A stretch of DNA of 64,000 bases from an uncultured Bacteroidales bacterium (GTDB lineage: Bacteria > Bacteroidota > Bacteroidia > Bacteroidales > UBA1402). Position numbers and translations under genes: made by a program. Positions 45,341 through 54,031 of this stretch are shown here, one piece after another. Where the stretch lies: positions 15,334 through 79,333 of the forward strand of contig CAYPLF010000002.1 in the NCBI GenBank assembly GCA_964411555.1, given 5' to 3'. The notes under the pieces are model-generated. The model ran no database searches and was not told the origin of the DNA. It worked only from the letters and a program-made list of their open reading frames with translations. Numbering within the stretch: position 1 is the stretch's first letter; each line of letters begins with the position of its first letter.

Positions 45341-48300
45341 ATGAGTAAACAAAAGAAGTTTTTGACATGTGATGGCAATCAAGCTGCCGCCCACATTGCC
45401 TACATGTTCAGCGAAGTCGCTGCCATCTATCCCATCACCCCATCTTCAACAATGGCTGAGTACGTGGATGAATGGGCCGCTGCCGGCAGGAAGAATATCT
45501 TCAACGAAAAGCTGGTTGTGGAAGAAATGCAGTCGGAAGCTGGTGCCGCCGGTGCCATGCACGGTGCCTTGCAGGCAGGTACATTGGCCACTACATTTAC
45601 CGCTTCACAGGGCTTGCTGCTGATGGTTCCCAATATGTATAAAGTAGCCGGTGAGTTGCTCCCCGGAGTCTATCACGTATCGGCCCGCGCCTTGTCTTCA
45701 CATGCCTTGTCCATCTTTGGTGACCACCAGGATGTCATGGCTGTCCGTCAAACGGGTTGCGCCATGTTGGCCACCGGTTCCGTGCAGGAAGTGATGGATT
45801 TGGCAGCCGTGGCTCACTTATCTGCCATCAAGGGTCGTATTCCCTTTGTACACTTCTTCGACGGTTTCCGTACCTCGCATGAAATACAGAAAATCGAACA
45901 ACTCGATCAGGAGGATGTGGCCGGTTTGATCGACCAGGATGCCCTGAAGGCTTTCCGTGAACGTGCGTTGAACCCCGAAAAGCCGGTTCTCCGTGGTACC
46001 GCACAGAACCCCGACATTTACTTCCAGGCCCGCGAAGCTAGCAATCCATTTTACAATGACATCGTGGGTATTGTTGAAGAATACATCAATGAGATGAACA
46101 AGCTGACCGGCCGCAAGTATGGTTTGTTCGATTACTACGGTGCTCCCGATGCCGACCGCGTGGTGATTGCCATGGGTTCAGCCACGGAAGCGCTGCGTGA
46201 AGGCATCGACTACCTGAACGCCAAGGGCGAAAAGGTTGGTTTGGTTGCTGTTCACCTGTACAGGCCATTCTCCGCCAAGCACTTCCTGGCCGCTGTTCCC
46301 AAGACTGCCAAACGTATTTGTGTGCTTGACCGTACCAAAGAACCGGGTGCTACAGGCGAACCCTTGTACCTCGATGTGAAAGATTGTTTCTATGGTCAAG
46401 CCGACGCTCCCCTCGTTGTAGGTGGTCGCTACGGTTTGTCCTCCAAAGACTTCACACCTGCCCAGGTGTTGGCCGTATACGAAAACCTGGCCATGAAAAT
46501 GCCCAGAAACCAATTCACTGTCGGTATCGTTGACGATGTGACCTTTACTTCCTTGAACATGAAGGAAGAAATCGCCCTCGGTGCTGCCGGTACGTTTGAA
46601 GCCAAGTTCTACGGACTGGGTGCCGACGGAACGGTAGGTGCCAACAAAAACTCCATCAAAATCATTGGTGACAACACCGATAAGAAGGTACAGGCCTATT
46701 TTGCCTACGACTCAAAGAAGTCTGGCGGTTTTACCTGTTCCCACCTGCGTTTCGGTGACGCTCCCATCCGTTCCACCTATTTGGTAACCACCCCTGACTT
46801 CGTGGCTTGCCACGTTCAGGCTTACCTGAACCTGTACGATGTGACCAAAGGGCTTAAGAAGAACGGTACCTTCTTGCTCAATACGGTTTGGAATGCCGAA
46901 GAAGTGAAAAAGAACTTGCCCGCCAAGGTTAAGAAGTATTTCGCTCAAAACAACATTACCCTCTACATCATCGATGCTACCAACATCGCTCAGGAAATCG
47001 GGCTGGGCAACCGTACCAACACCATCCTGCAGTCGGCCTTCTTCAAGATTGCCAACGTAATTCCTTACGAACTGGCCGTTGAAAAGATGAAGTACGCCAT
47101 CAACAAATCATACGGCAAGAAGGGCGAGAACATTGTCAACATGAACTATGCAGCTGTTGATCGTGGTGGTGAATACAGCAAGGTGGAAATTCCGGCTGAA
47201 TGGGCCAATATCGTACTGGAGAGCGACATCGTGGACGAAAGCGTCCCTGCTTTTGTACGCAACGTGGTTAAACCCATGAATGCCCAAAACGGTGACGACC
47301 TGCCTGTTTCCGCCTTCAAGGGCCGTGAAGACGGTACCTGGGATCAGGGTACGGCTCAATATGAAAAACGCGGTGTGGCCAGTCATGTACCTGTTTGGGC
47401 AGCTGAAAACTGTATCCAGTGTAACCAATGTGCCTACGTTTGTCCTCACGCCACCATCCGTCCATTTGTATTGGATCAGGCTGAACAAGCCAACATGCCT
47501 GCAGGCGTGACAACGTTGAAGGCCACCGGCAAGCAATTTGCCGACATGGTGTTCAAAATTCAAGTGAATGTGCTTGACTGTCTGGGTTGTGGCAACTGCG
47601 CCGACGTTTGTCCGGGCAACAAGGGCAATAAGGCCCTTGCCATGACGCCCATTGAAACGCAATACCACGAACAACCTGTTTGGGACTACATGACCAAAAA
47701 TGTAAGCTCCAAGCAGCACCTGGTGGACATTCAAGCCAACGTTAAGAACTCTCAGTTTGCAACACCGCTGTTTGAATTTTCCGGTGCTTGTGCCGGTTGC
47801 GGCGAAACCCCCTACGTGAAGTTGATTTCCCAGTTGTTTGGCGATCGTCAGATTGTTGCCAACGCCACGGGTTGTACTTCCATTTATTCAGGTTCTGCTC
47901 CTTCCACGCCTTATACGACCAACGAAAACGGCAGGGGACCCGCTTGGGCCAGTTCCTTGTTCGAAGACAACGCCGAATACGGTTTGGGTATGCATTTCGG
48001 TACCGAAGTGTTGCGTGAACGCCTGGCCGGTTTGTTCGAACAGGGCCTTGCTTGCGACTGCTGCAGCGAAGAACTGAAAGGCTATTTCACCGAATGGTTG
48101 GAAAACCGCGAGAACGCCGCCAAGACCATCGAGCTGGAAGCTAAGATCACTCCGTTGGTGAACGCCTGCGACTGCGATACCTGCAAGAGCATCCGCCCGT
48201 TGACCAAGTACATCATCAAGCTGTCCCAATGGATCATCGGTGGTGACGGTTGGGCGTACGATATCGGTTACGGTGGTCTCGACCACGTGCTGGCTTCCGG

Positions 48301-48868
48301 TAAGAACGTAAACATCCTGGTGGTTGACACCGAGGTTTACTCAAATACAGGTGGTCAATCATCCAAATCAACACCTGTCGGTGCTGTGGCCAAGTTTGCT
48401 GCTGCAGGCAAACGGGTTCGTAAGAAAGACCTGGGTTTGATGGCAACTACCTACGGATACGTGTATGTGGCTCAAATCGCCATGGGCGCCAATCAATCGC
48501 AAACCTTGAAGGCTATCCGGGAAGCTGAAGCTTACGACGGACCTTCATTGATCATTGCGTATGCTCCTTGTATCAACCATGGCTTGAAAGCTGGAATGGG
48601 CAAGGCTCAGAACGAGGAAGCCCGCGCGGTTGAATGTGGTTACTGGCACTTGTACCGCTTCAATCCCGACTTGGAAGCTCAGGGTCAGAACCCCTTCCAA
48701 TTGGATAGCAAGGAGCCGGACTGGAGCAAGTTCCAGGACTTCCTGATGGGTGAGGTGCGATACAATTCATTGAAGAAAGTTTTCCCCAAGGAAGCTGAAG
48801 AATTGTTCAAGGCTGCCGAGGAAAACGCCAAGTGGCGTTACAACGGTTACAAGCGTTTGTCTTTGTAA
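45341..48868 (+). CDS. nifJ: Pyruvate:ferredoxin (flavodoxin) oxidoreductase
   Basis: 1175 aa in a single polypeptide. It has two ferredoxin-type clusters (CIQCNQCAYVCP, CLGCGNCADVCP) and the TPP-binding GGDGWAYDIG motif. Confidence 0.95.
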   Translation: MSKQKKFLTCDGNQAAAHIAYMFSEVAAIYPITPSSTMAEYVDEWAAAGRKNIFNEKLVVEEMQSEAGAAGAMHGALQAGTLATTFTASQGLLLMVPNMYKVAGELLPGVYHVSARALSSHALSIFGDHQDVMAVRQTGCAMLATGSVQEVMDLAAVAHLSAIKGRIPFVHFFDGFRTSHEIQKIEQLDQEDVAGLIDQDALKAFRERALNPEKPVLRGTAQNPDIYFQAREASNPFYNDIVGIVEEYINEMNKLTGRKYGLFDYYGAPDADRVVIAMGSATEALREGIDYLNAKGEKVGLVAVHLYRPFSAKHFLAAVPKTAKRICVLDRTKEPGATGEPLYLDVKDCFYGQADAPLVVGGRYGLSSKDFTPAQVLAVYENLAMKMPRNQFTVGIVDDVTFTSLNMKEEIALGAAGTFEAKFYGLGADGTVGANKNSIKIIGDNTDKKVQAYFAYDSKKSGGFTCSHLRFGDAPIRSTYLVTTPDFVACHVQAYLNLYDVTKGLKKNGTFLLNTVWNAEEVKKNLPAKVKKYFAQNNITLYIIDATNIAQEIGLGNRTNTILQSAFFKIANVIPYELAVEKMKYAINKSYGKKGENIVNMNYAAVDRGGEYSKVEIPAEWANIVLESDIVDESVPAFVRNVVKPMNAQNGDDLPVSAFKGREDGTWDQGTAQYEKRGVASHVPVWAAENCIQCNQCAYVCPHATIRPFVLDQAEQANMPAGVTTLKATGKQFADMVFKIQVNVLDCLGCGNCADVCPGNKGNKALAMTPIETQYHEQPVWDYMTKNVSSKQHLVDIQANVKNSQFATPLFEFSGACAGCGETPYVKLISQLFGDRQIVANATGCTSIYSGSAPSTPYTTNENGRGPAWASSLFEDNAEYGLGMHFGTEVLRERLAGLFEQGLACDCCSEELKGYFTEWLENRENAAKTIELEAKITPLVNACDCDTCKSIRPLTKYIIKLSQWIIGGDGWAYDIGYGGLDHVLASGKNVNILVVDTEVYSNTGGQSSKSTPVGAVAKFAAAGKRVRKKDLGLMATTYGYVYVAQIAMGANQSQTLKAIREAEAYDGPSLIIAYAPCINHGLKAGMGKAQNEEARAVECGYWHLYRFNPDLEAQGQNPFQLDSKEPDWSKFQDFLMGEVRYNSLKKVFPKEAEELFKAAEENAKWRYNGYKRLSL

Positions 48869-48900
48869 TCCTGTTTTATACAGTATACTCTCTTTATAAG

Positions 48901-48944
48901 GTGGGTGTCTCGAATGCGAAAGCAGGGGGACACCCACTTTTTTT
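48901..48944 (+). terminator. Intrinsic terminator after PFOR
   Basis: GTGGGTGTC (48901-48909) pairs with GACACCCAC (48929-48937), followed by TTTTTTT. Confidence 0.8.
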
Positions 48945-48979
48945 CGGCTCTTCCGGAATAGTTGCCTGTTTCCGTTCCG

Positions 48980-49160
48980 CCGGCAGGGTAGTCTGTGGCT
49001 TCGACTCGAGTCGCTAAAAACCTTCACGCTTACGGCTAAAACTTCAAAGCGTCGGTCGCCTTGCGGCTTCCTCCTCGGAAGATGAAGTTTTTAACGCCTG
49101 CAGCTGTTCAGTTTTCTTAACGCGCCTCAGCGCAACTACGCCACAGACTACCACTGCCGG
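48980..49160. other. Imperfect palindrome of about 180 bp (rod-like RNA or palindromic element candidate)
   Basis: The closing stem CCGGCAGGGTAGTCTGTGGC (48980-48999) pairs with GCCACAGACTACCACTGCCGG (49140-49160) with a 1-nt bulge. Inner pairings are AAAACTTCA (49038-49046) with TGAAGTTTT (49084-49092), and an apical CTTCC-TCCTC-GGAAG. It also contains the 12-bp palindrome CGACTCGAGTCG. Confidence 0.5.
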
Positions 49161-49389
49161 CTCCACTGCAACGCTCATTGGACTGAAGGTAGTGAAATAT
49201 ACATTAAGGTGAATTATTGGTTAATGCGGAAACAAATAGATTTGTGAAATGACAAAAAGGGTAAATATGTTGCATTTTTAGAAATACAAAAATCTGTTTA
49301 AAATTCACATACGGCGTCAAAAAGAAAGGAAAAACAAGTAATAGGTATTAAAAAGATAGAAATAAATTTGTTTTTTCAAAAATACGCTG

Positions 49390-49397
49390 TATATTTG
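49390..49397 (+). promoter_or_regulatory. -7 promoter box (TATATTTG)
   Basis: TAnnTTTG match about 36-42 nt upstream of dapF, at the end of a very AT-rich 230-bp stretch. Confidence 0.5.
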
Positions 49398-49432
49398 CAT
49401 CGTACTAACTCTTTGTAGGTTTAATTAGGTTA

Positions 49433-50269
49433 ATGCACATGCGATTTACAAAAATGCACGGAACGGGAAACGATTACATCTATGTGGATGCATCCACAGT
49501 TGATGTGCAGGATCCTTCCATCTTGGCCAAGCGGGTCAGTGACAGGCATTTTGGAGTCGGTTCGGATGGGCTGGTATTGATTATGCCTTCCACTGTGGCC
49601 GACTTTCGTATGCGCATGTTCAATGCCGATGGTTCCGAGTCGGAGATGTGCGGAAATGCCTCCAGGTGTATAGGTAAATATGTATTTGATAAAGGGTTGA
49701 CTTCAAAAACAAGCGTGTTGTTGGAAACAGGAGCCGGGATTCGGGAATTACAGCTAAGCCTTGTCAATGGGAAAGTCGGTTCTGTTTGTGTGGATATGGG
49801 CAAACCTATTTTGGATCCGGCGTCGATACCTGTGTCTGTGTTTGGAGAACAAGCGGTTTACGTGCCTGTTACTGTTGATGGTGTAGTGTTCGAAGTGACA
49901 TGCGTGTCCATGGGTAATCCCCACGCGGTTCTTTTCACAACCGGTATCGACGATTTGGATTTGACCAAATTGGGGCCGTGCTTTGAGAACAATGTTTTAT
50001 TTCCCAACCGGGTAAACACGGAATTTGTGGAGGTCCTTTCCTCCAGTCATGTCAAGATGCGCGTGTGGGAACGGGGTGCCGGAGAAACGCTGGCTTGCGG
50101 AACCGGAGCTTGTGCTGTTTTGGTGGCCGGTGTCTTGAGGGGATTACTCCAGACAAAGGCTACGATCGACCTGCCCGGAGGCTCCTTGACCATTGAATGG
50201 AAACAAGACAATCAGCACGTCTACCTGACGGGGGAGGCTGCTTTTGTATATGAGGGAGAATTATACTGA
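49433..50269 (+). CDS. dapF: Diaminopimelate epimerase
   Basis: FTKMHGTGNDYIYVD, the first catalytic Cys in EMCGNASRC and the second in ETLACGTGACA. ATG at 49439 is an equally good start. Confidence 0.9.
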   Translation: MHMRFTKMHGTGNDYIYVDASTVDVQDPSILAKRVSDRHFGVGSDGLVLIMPSTVADFRMRMFNADGSESEMCGNASRCIGKYVFDKGLTSKTSVLLETGAGIRELQLSLVNGKVGSVCVDMGKPILDPASIPVSVFGEQAVYVPVTVDGVVFEVTCVSMGNPHAVLFTTGIDDLDLTKLGPCFENNVLFPNRVNTEFVEVLSSSHVKMRVWERGAGETLACGTGACAVLVAGVLRGLLQTKATIDLPGGSLTIEWKQDNQHVYLTGEAAFVYEGELY

Positions 50270-50336
50270 CCTTCTTCCTGAAAACATCCAAAAGAGGAGT
50301 CTTGGATGGATGTGAAAAAATGAATAGATTGAGTAT

Positions 50337-51569
50337 ATGAGTGTTGTAGTGAATGAACAATTCCTGGCCTTGCCGGGTAGTTATCTGTTTTCCGAGGTAG
50401 CCCGACGTCTACGGGTTTTCCAGTCCCAGCATCCTGAGGCTGACTTGGTACGGATGGGTATCGGCGATGTGACAAGGCCACTTCCTGAAGCGGTGGTAAA
50501 GGCCATGCATCAGGCTGTGGAAGAGATGTCGGCAGCTGACTCTTTCAAGGGGTATGGTCCCGAACAAGGTTATGGTTTTCTGAGGGAAAAAATTGTTGCC
50601 CATGATTTTTCGGCAAGAGGTATGGGTATAACAGTCGAGGATATCTTTATCAGCGATGGCTGTAAAAGTGATATGGGGAATATAGGCAGCATTTTGGGTG
50701 TCGACAATGTGGTGGCTGTGACAGATCCTGTATATCCGGTATACGTCGATGCCAATGTCATGGACGGCCGCGCAGGATTATTGGAAGGAAGTGGTGCCTG
50801 GAGTCGGATTGAATACCTGCACTGCGGATTGGACAATCACTTTGTTCCTGCCTTGCCGAAGCAACCGGTCGATATCATTTACCTGTGTTTTCCCAACAAT
50901 CCGACAGGAACGACACTCACAAAGAACGAATTGAAGAAATGGGTGGATTATGCCCTGGAAACGGGTGCTTTGATCCTGTTTGACGCAGCGTACGAAGCTT
51001 TCATTGTTGAACAGGATGTGCCCCACAGCATTTACGAGATACCTGGCGCTGAGCGTTGCGCCATTGAATTCAGAAGTTTTTCCAAAACAGCCGGTTTTAC
51101 AGGCTTGCGTTGCGGGTATACCGTGGTTCCCCAATCGTTGATCGTTAAGGCCTCCGATGGACGTGAAGTATCACTGAATGCCTTGTGGAACAGGCGGCAG
51201 TCGACCAAATTCAACGGAGTGTCGTACGTGACACAAAAGGCGGCTGAAGCAGTATATTCGCCTGAAGGTATGGCCCAATGCAAGGCCAATATCGCTTACT
51301 ACCTGGAGAATGCTGCCATAATCCGTAGGGGTTTGCAAGACATGGGTTGGGAGGTCTTCGGTGGTGTCAATGCGCCCTACATTTGGTTCAAGACACCCGA
51401 TGGCAGTGATGACTGGGCCTTCTTCGACAGGTTGTTGTCTGACGTGCATGTGGTCAGTACACCCGGTTCCGGTTTCGGTCCGAGTGGACAAGGGTATCTG
51501 AGGCTGACAGCCTTCGGATCGAGAAAATCAACCCTCAAAGGTGTGGAACGGCTGGCTGCTTTGCAGTAA
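50337..51569 (+). CDS. dapL: LL-diaminopimelate aminotransferase (DapL type)
   Basis: N-terminal NEQFLALPGSYLFSEVARR, then NPTG and the PLP-lysine context RSFSKTAGFTGLRCGY. It lies adjacent to dapF. Confidence 0.88.
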   Translation: MSVVVNEQFLALPGSYLFSEVARRLRVFQSQHPEADLVRMGIGDVTRPLPEAVVKAMHQAVEEMSAADSFKGYGPEQGYGFLREKIVAHDFSARGMGITVEDIFISDGCKSDMGNIGSILGVDNVVAVTDPVYPVYVDANVMDGRAGLLEGSGAWSRIEYLHCGLDNHFVPALPKQPVDIIYLCFPNNPTGTTLTKNELKKWVDYALETGALILFDAAYEAFIVEQDVPHSIYEIPGAERCAIEFRSFSKTAGFTGLRCGYTVVPQSLIVKASDGREVSLNALWNRRQSTKFNGVSYVTQKAAEAVYSPEGMAQCKANIAYYLENAAIIRRGLQDMGWEVFGGVNAPYIWFKTPDGSDDWAFFDRLLSDVHVVSTPGSGFGPSGQGYLRLTAFGSRKSTLKGVERLAALQ

Positions 51570-51631
51570 AAACATGACTGTGAGATGAATGAATGTTGTT
51601 TTGTTAAACAGGATATCAGCGTTATAAATTG

Positions 51632-51639
51632 TATATTTG
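51632..51639 (+). promoter_or_regulatory. -7 promoter box (TATATTTG)
   Basis: TAnnTTTG match 70 nt upstream of the GSIII start. Confidence 0.45.
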
Positions 51640-51708
51640 CAGGTTAAGATAGTAAAGGTAAATAGAGGTAAAAAATTCAAATTGGATTAACCACTAAAAA
51701 GCAAGCGT

Positions 51709-53898
51709 ATGTCATCACTTAGATTCCATTTGGTCAAAGAGGCTTTTTCGCATAAGCCCGTGTGTGTTCCTGTCCCCGACAAGAAAACGTCTGAATTCTA
51801 CGGCGTCAATGTGTTCAATCGGGAAAAGATGAGCAAATTTCTGTCAAAAGAAACCTTTAAGATTGTGACAGACGCCATCGATAATGGAACCCCTCTTGAC
51901 CGTGAGATAGCCAACCACGTGGCAGCCGGCATGAAGATGTGGGCGATGGAAATGGGTGCGACTCACTATACGCACTGGTTCCATCCGTTGACTGACGGAA
52001 CGGCTGAAAAGCACGATTCCTTCATCGAACATGCAGGCATGGGTGCAGTCACCGAAGAATTTGAAGGTAAGTTGCTGGCCCAGCAAGAACCCGATGCATC
52101 CAGCTTTCCCAGCGGCGGTATCCGCAATACCTTTGAAGCCAGGGGGTATACAGCTTGGGATCCTTCCTCACCTGCCTTTATCATGGACGATACCTTGTGT
52201 ATTCCCACCATCTTTATCTCCTATACGGGTGAAGCACTCGACTACAAGACTCCACTGCTCAAAGCCATTGCAGCGGTAAACAAAGCAGCTACTGAAACCT
52301 GCAATTTCTTTGATCCGAACGTGAAGCGTGTTCAATCCAACCTTGGATGGGAACAAGAATACTTCTTGATTGACGAAGCTCTGTTCAGCGCACGTCCCGA
52401 CCTGATGTTGACCGGCCGTACCCTGATGGGTCACGAATCTGCCAAAAACCAACAGTTGGAAGACCACTATTTCGGTTCCATTCCCGGCCGTGTGGCTGCT
52501 TTTATGAAGGACCTTGAATTTGAAGGGTACAAATTGGGTATGCCTCTCAAAACCAGACACAACGAAGTGGCTCCCAACCAGTTCGAGCTGGCTCCCATTT
52601 ACGAAGAAACCAACTTGGCCGTTGACCACAACTTATTGGTCATGGATGTCATGCACCGCGTTGCCAACCGTCACAACTTCCGTGTACTCTTACACGAAAA
52701 GCCGTTTGCCGGTATCAACGGATCGGGTAAGCACAACAACTGGTCGTTGAGTACTGATACGGGTGTCAACTTGTTCAACCCGGGCAAGACGGCTGAAGGA
52801 AACTTGTTGTATGTCACTTTTCTGGCCAATACATTGATGGCTGTTTACAAGAACAACGCCGTATTGAAAGCTTCCATCGCTTCCGCTACGAACGAACACC
52901 GTCTGGGTGCCAACGAAGCGCCTCCCGCCATCATTTCAGCTTTCTTGGGTGCACAGCTGACCAAAGTGTTGGATAAACTGGAAGCCAGCACTACCGATGA
53001 AGCCATCAAGTTTGATGCCAAGGGTGTGTTGCACCTGAATGTGGGTCAGATTCCTGAATTGTTCATCGACAATACCGACCGCAACCGTACCTCACCGTTT
53101 GCCTATACCGGAAACCGCTTTGAGTTCCGCGCCGTCGGTTCATCCGCCAACTGTGCTTCAGCCATGACCGCTCTCAATGCAGCTGTTGCCGCTCAGTTGA
53201 CCGAATTCAACGCCGAGGTGAAGAAGCGCATAGCTGGTGGTGAGAACAAAGAAAAAGCCTTGTTTGCTGTTATCCGCGAATACATCAAAGCCTCCAAACC
53301 CATCCGCTTCGACGGAAACGGTTACAGCGATGAATGGAAAGCTGAAGCCGCCAAGAGAGGCCTGGATTGCGAAGTCAGCGTACCGGTACAATACGACGCG
53401 TACCTGAAGCCCGAAGTGGTGAAGATGTTCACCAACATGGGTGTTTATTCTGAAAAGGAACTGCATGCACGCAACGAGGTGAAATGGGAAACATACACCA
53501 AGAAAATACAGATTGAAGCCAGGGTGTTGGGCGATTTGGCCATGAACCACATCATTCCGGTGGCTACCCGTTACCAATCATCCTTGCTTGAAAATGTATC
53601 AAAGCTGAAAAACCTGTACAGCGCCGAAAAATTCGAACGGCTCGCAGCTGAAAAATTGAATCTGATTGAGGAAATCGAATCATACGTTGACAATGTACAG
53701 ACCTTGGTGGGCTTGATGATTGAAGCCCGCAAGGTGGCCAACCGCATTGAAGTTGAACGGGAAAAAGCAGTGGCTTACCACGACACGGTGGCTCCCTATT
53801 TCGAAAAGATCCGGTACAACATCGACAAGCTCGAGTTGATCGTGGACAACGAAATGTGGCCTTTACCCAAGTATCGCGAACTCCTGTTCATCCGCTAA
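51709..53898 (+). CDS. Glutamine synthetase type III
   Basis: 729 aa. N-terminal EFYGVNVFNREKM, then HYTHWFHPLT, NLGWEQEYFLID, HNEVAPNQFE and HEKPFAGINGSGKHNNWS are GSIII hallmarks. Confidence 0.92.
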   Translation: MSSLRFHLVKEAFSHKPVCVPVPDKKTSEFYGVNVFNREKMSKFLSKETFKIVTDAIDNGTPLDREIANHVAAGMKMWAMEMGATHYTHWFHPLTDGTAEKHDSFIEHAGMGAVTEEFEGKLLAQQEPDASSFPSGGIRNTFEARGYTAWDPSSPAFIMDDTLCIPTIFISYTGEALDYKTPLLKAIAAVNKAATETCNFFDPNVKRVQSNLGWEQEYFLIDEALFSARPDLMLTGRTLMGHESAKNQQLEDHYFGSIPGRVAAFMKDLEFEGYKLGMPLKTRHNEVAPNQFELAPIYEETNLAVDHNLLVMDVMHRVANRHNFRVLLHEKPFAGINGSGKHNNWSLSTDTGVNLFNPGKTAEGNLLYVTFLANTLMAVYKNNAVLKASIASATNEHRLGANEAPPAIISAFLGAQLTKVLDKLEASTTDEAIKFDAKGVLHLNVGQIPELFIDNTDRNRTSPFAYTGNRFEFRAVGSSANCASAMTALNAAVAAQLTEFNAEVKKRIAGGENKEKALFAVIREYIKASKPIRFDGNGYSDEWKAEAAKRGLDCEVSVPVQYDAYLKPEVVKMFTNMGVYSEKELHARNEVKWETYTKKIQIEARVLGDLAMNHIIPVATRYQSSLLENVSKLKNLYSAEKFERLAAEKLNLIEEIESYVDNVQTLVGLMIEARKVANRIEVEREKAVAYHDTVAPYFEKIRYNIDKLELIVDNEMWPLPKYRELLFIR

Positions 53899-53956
53899 AG
53901 AGAAAGTCTTCATAGTTTTTTGGGTCAGAATGCCGAGAGGCGAAATTATGAAGCAT

Positions 53957-53988
53957 AAACCGTTCTCCCAAGCGTGGGAGAACGGTTT
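53957..53988 (+). terminator. Terminator-like hairpin after GSIII
   Basis: Perfect 14-bp stem AAACCGTTCTCCCA / TGGGAGAACGGTTT with loop AGCG. The trailing T-run is weak. Confidence 0.55.
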
Positions 53989-54031
53989 AACTGTGAATCG
54001 TAAGGTTTCAATATTATAGAAAAGAGAAGGT

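Noticed and set aside
48767-49027. Small ORFs (86 aa on the minus strand, 61 aa on the plus strand) overlapping the PFOR 3' end, terminator and palindromic element
   Set aside because: They overlap the PFOR coding end and terminator hairpin, have odd composition, and have no start context. The region is better explained as structured non-coding DNA.
49200-49432. Very AT-rich 230-bp stretch upstream of dapF as a lysine riboswitch or other leader RNA
   Set aside because: I could not find L-box-like conserved segments or a convincing multi-stem fold by eye. It most likely holds the promoter/UP region, with a -7 box at 49390-49397. A covariance-model scan would settle it.
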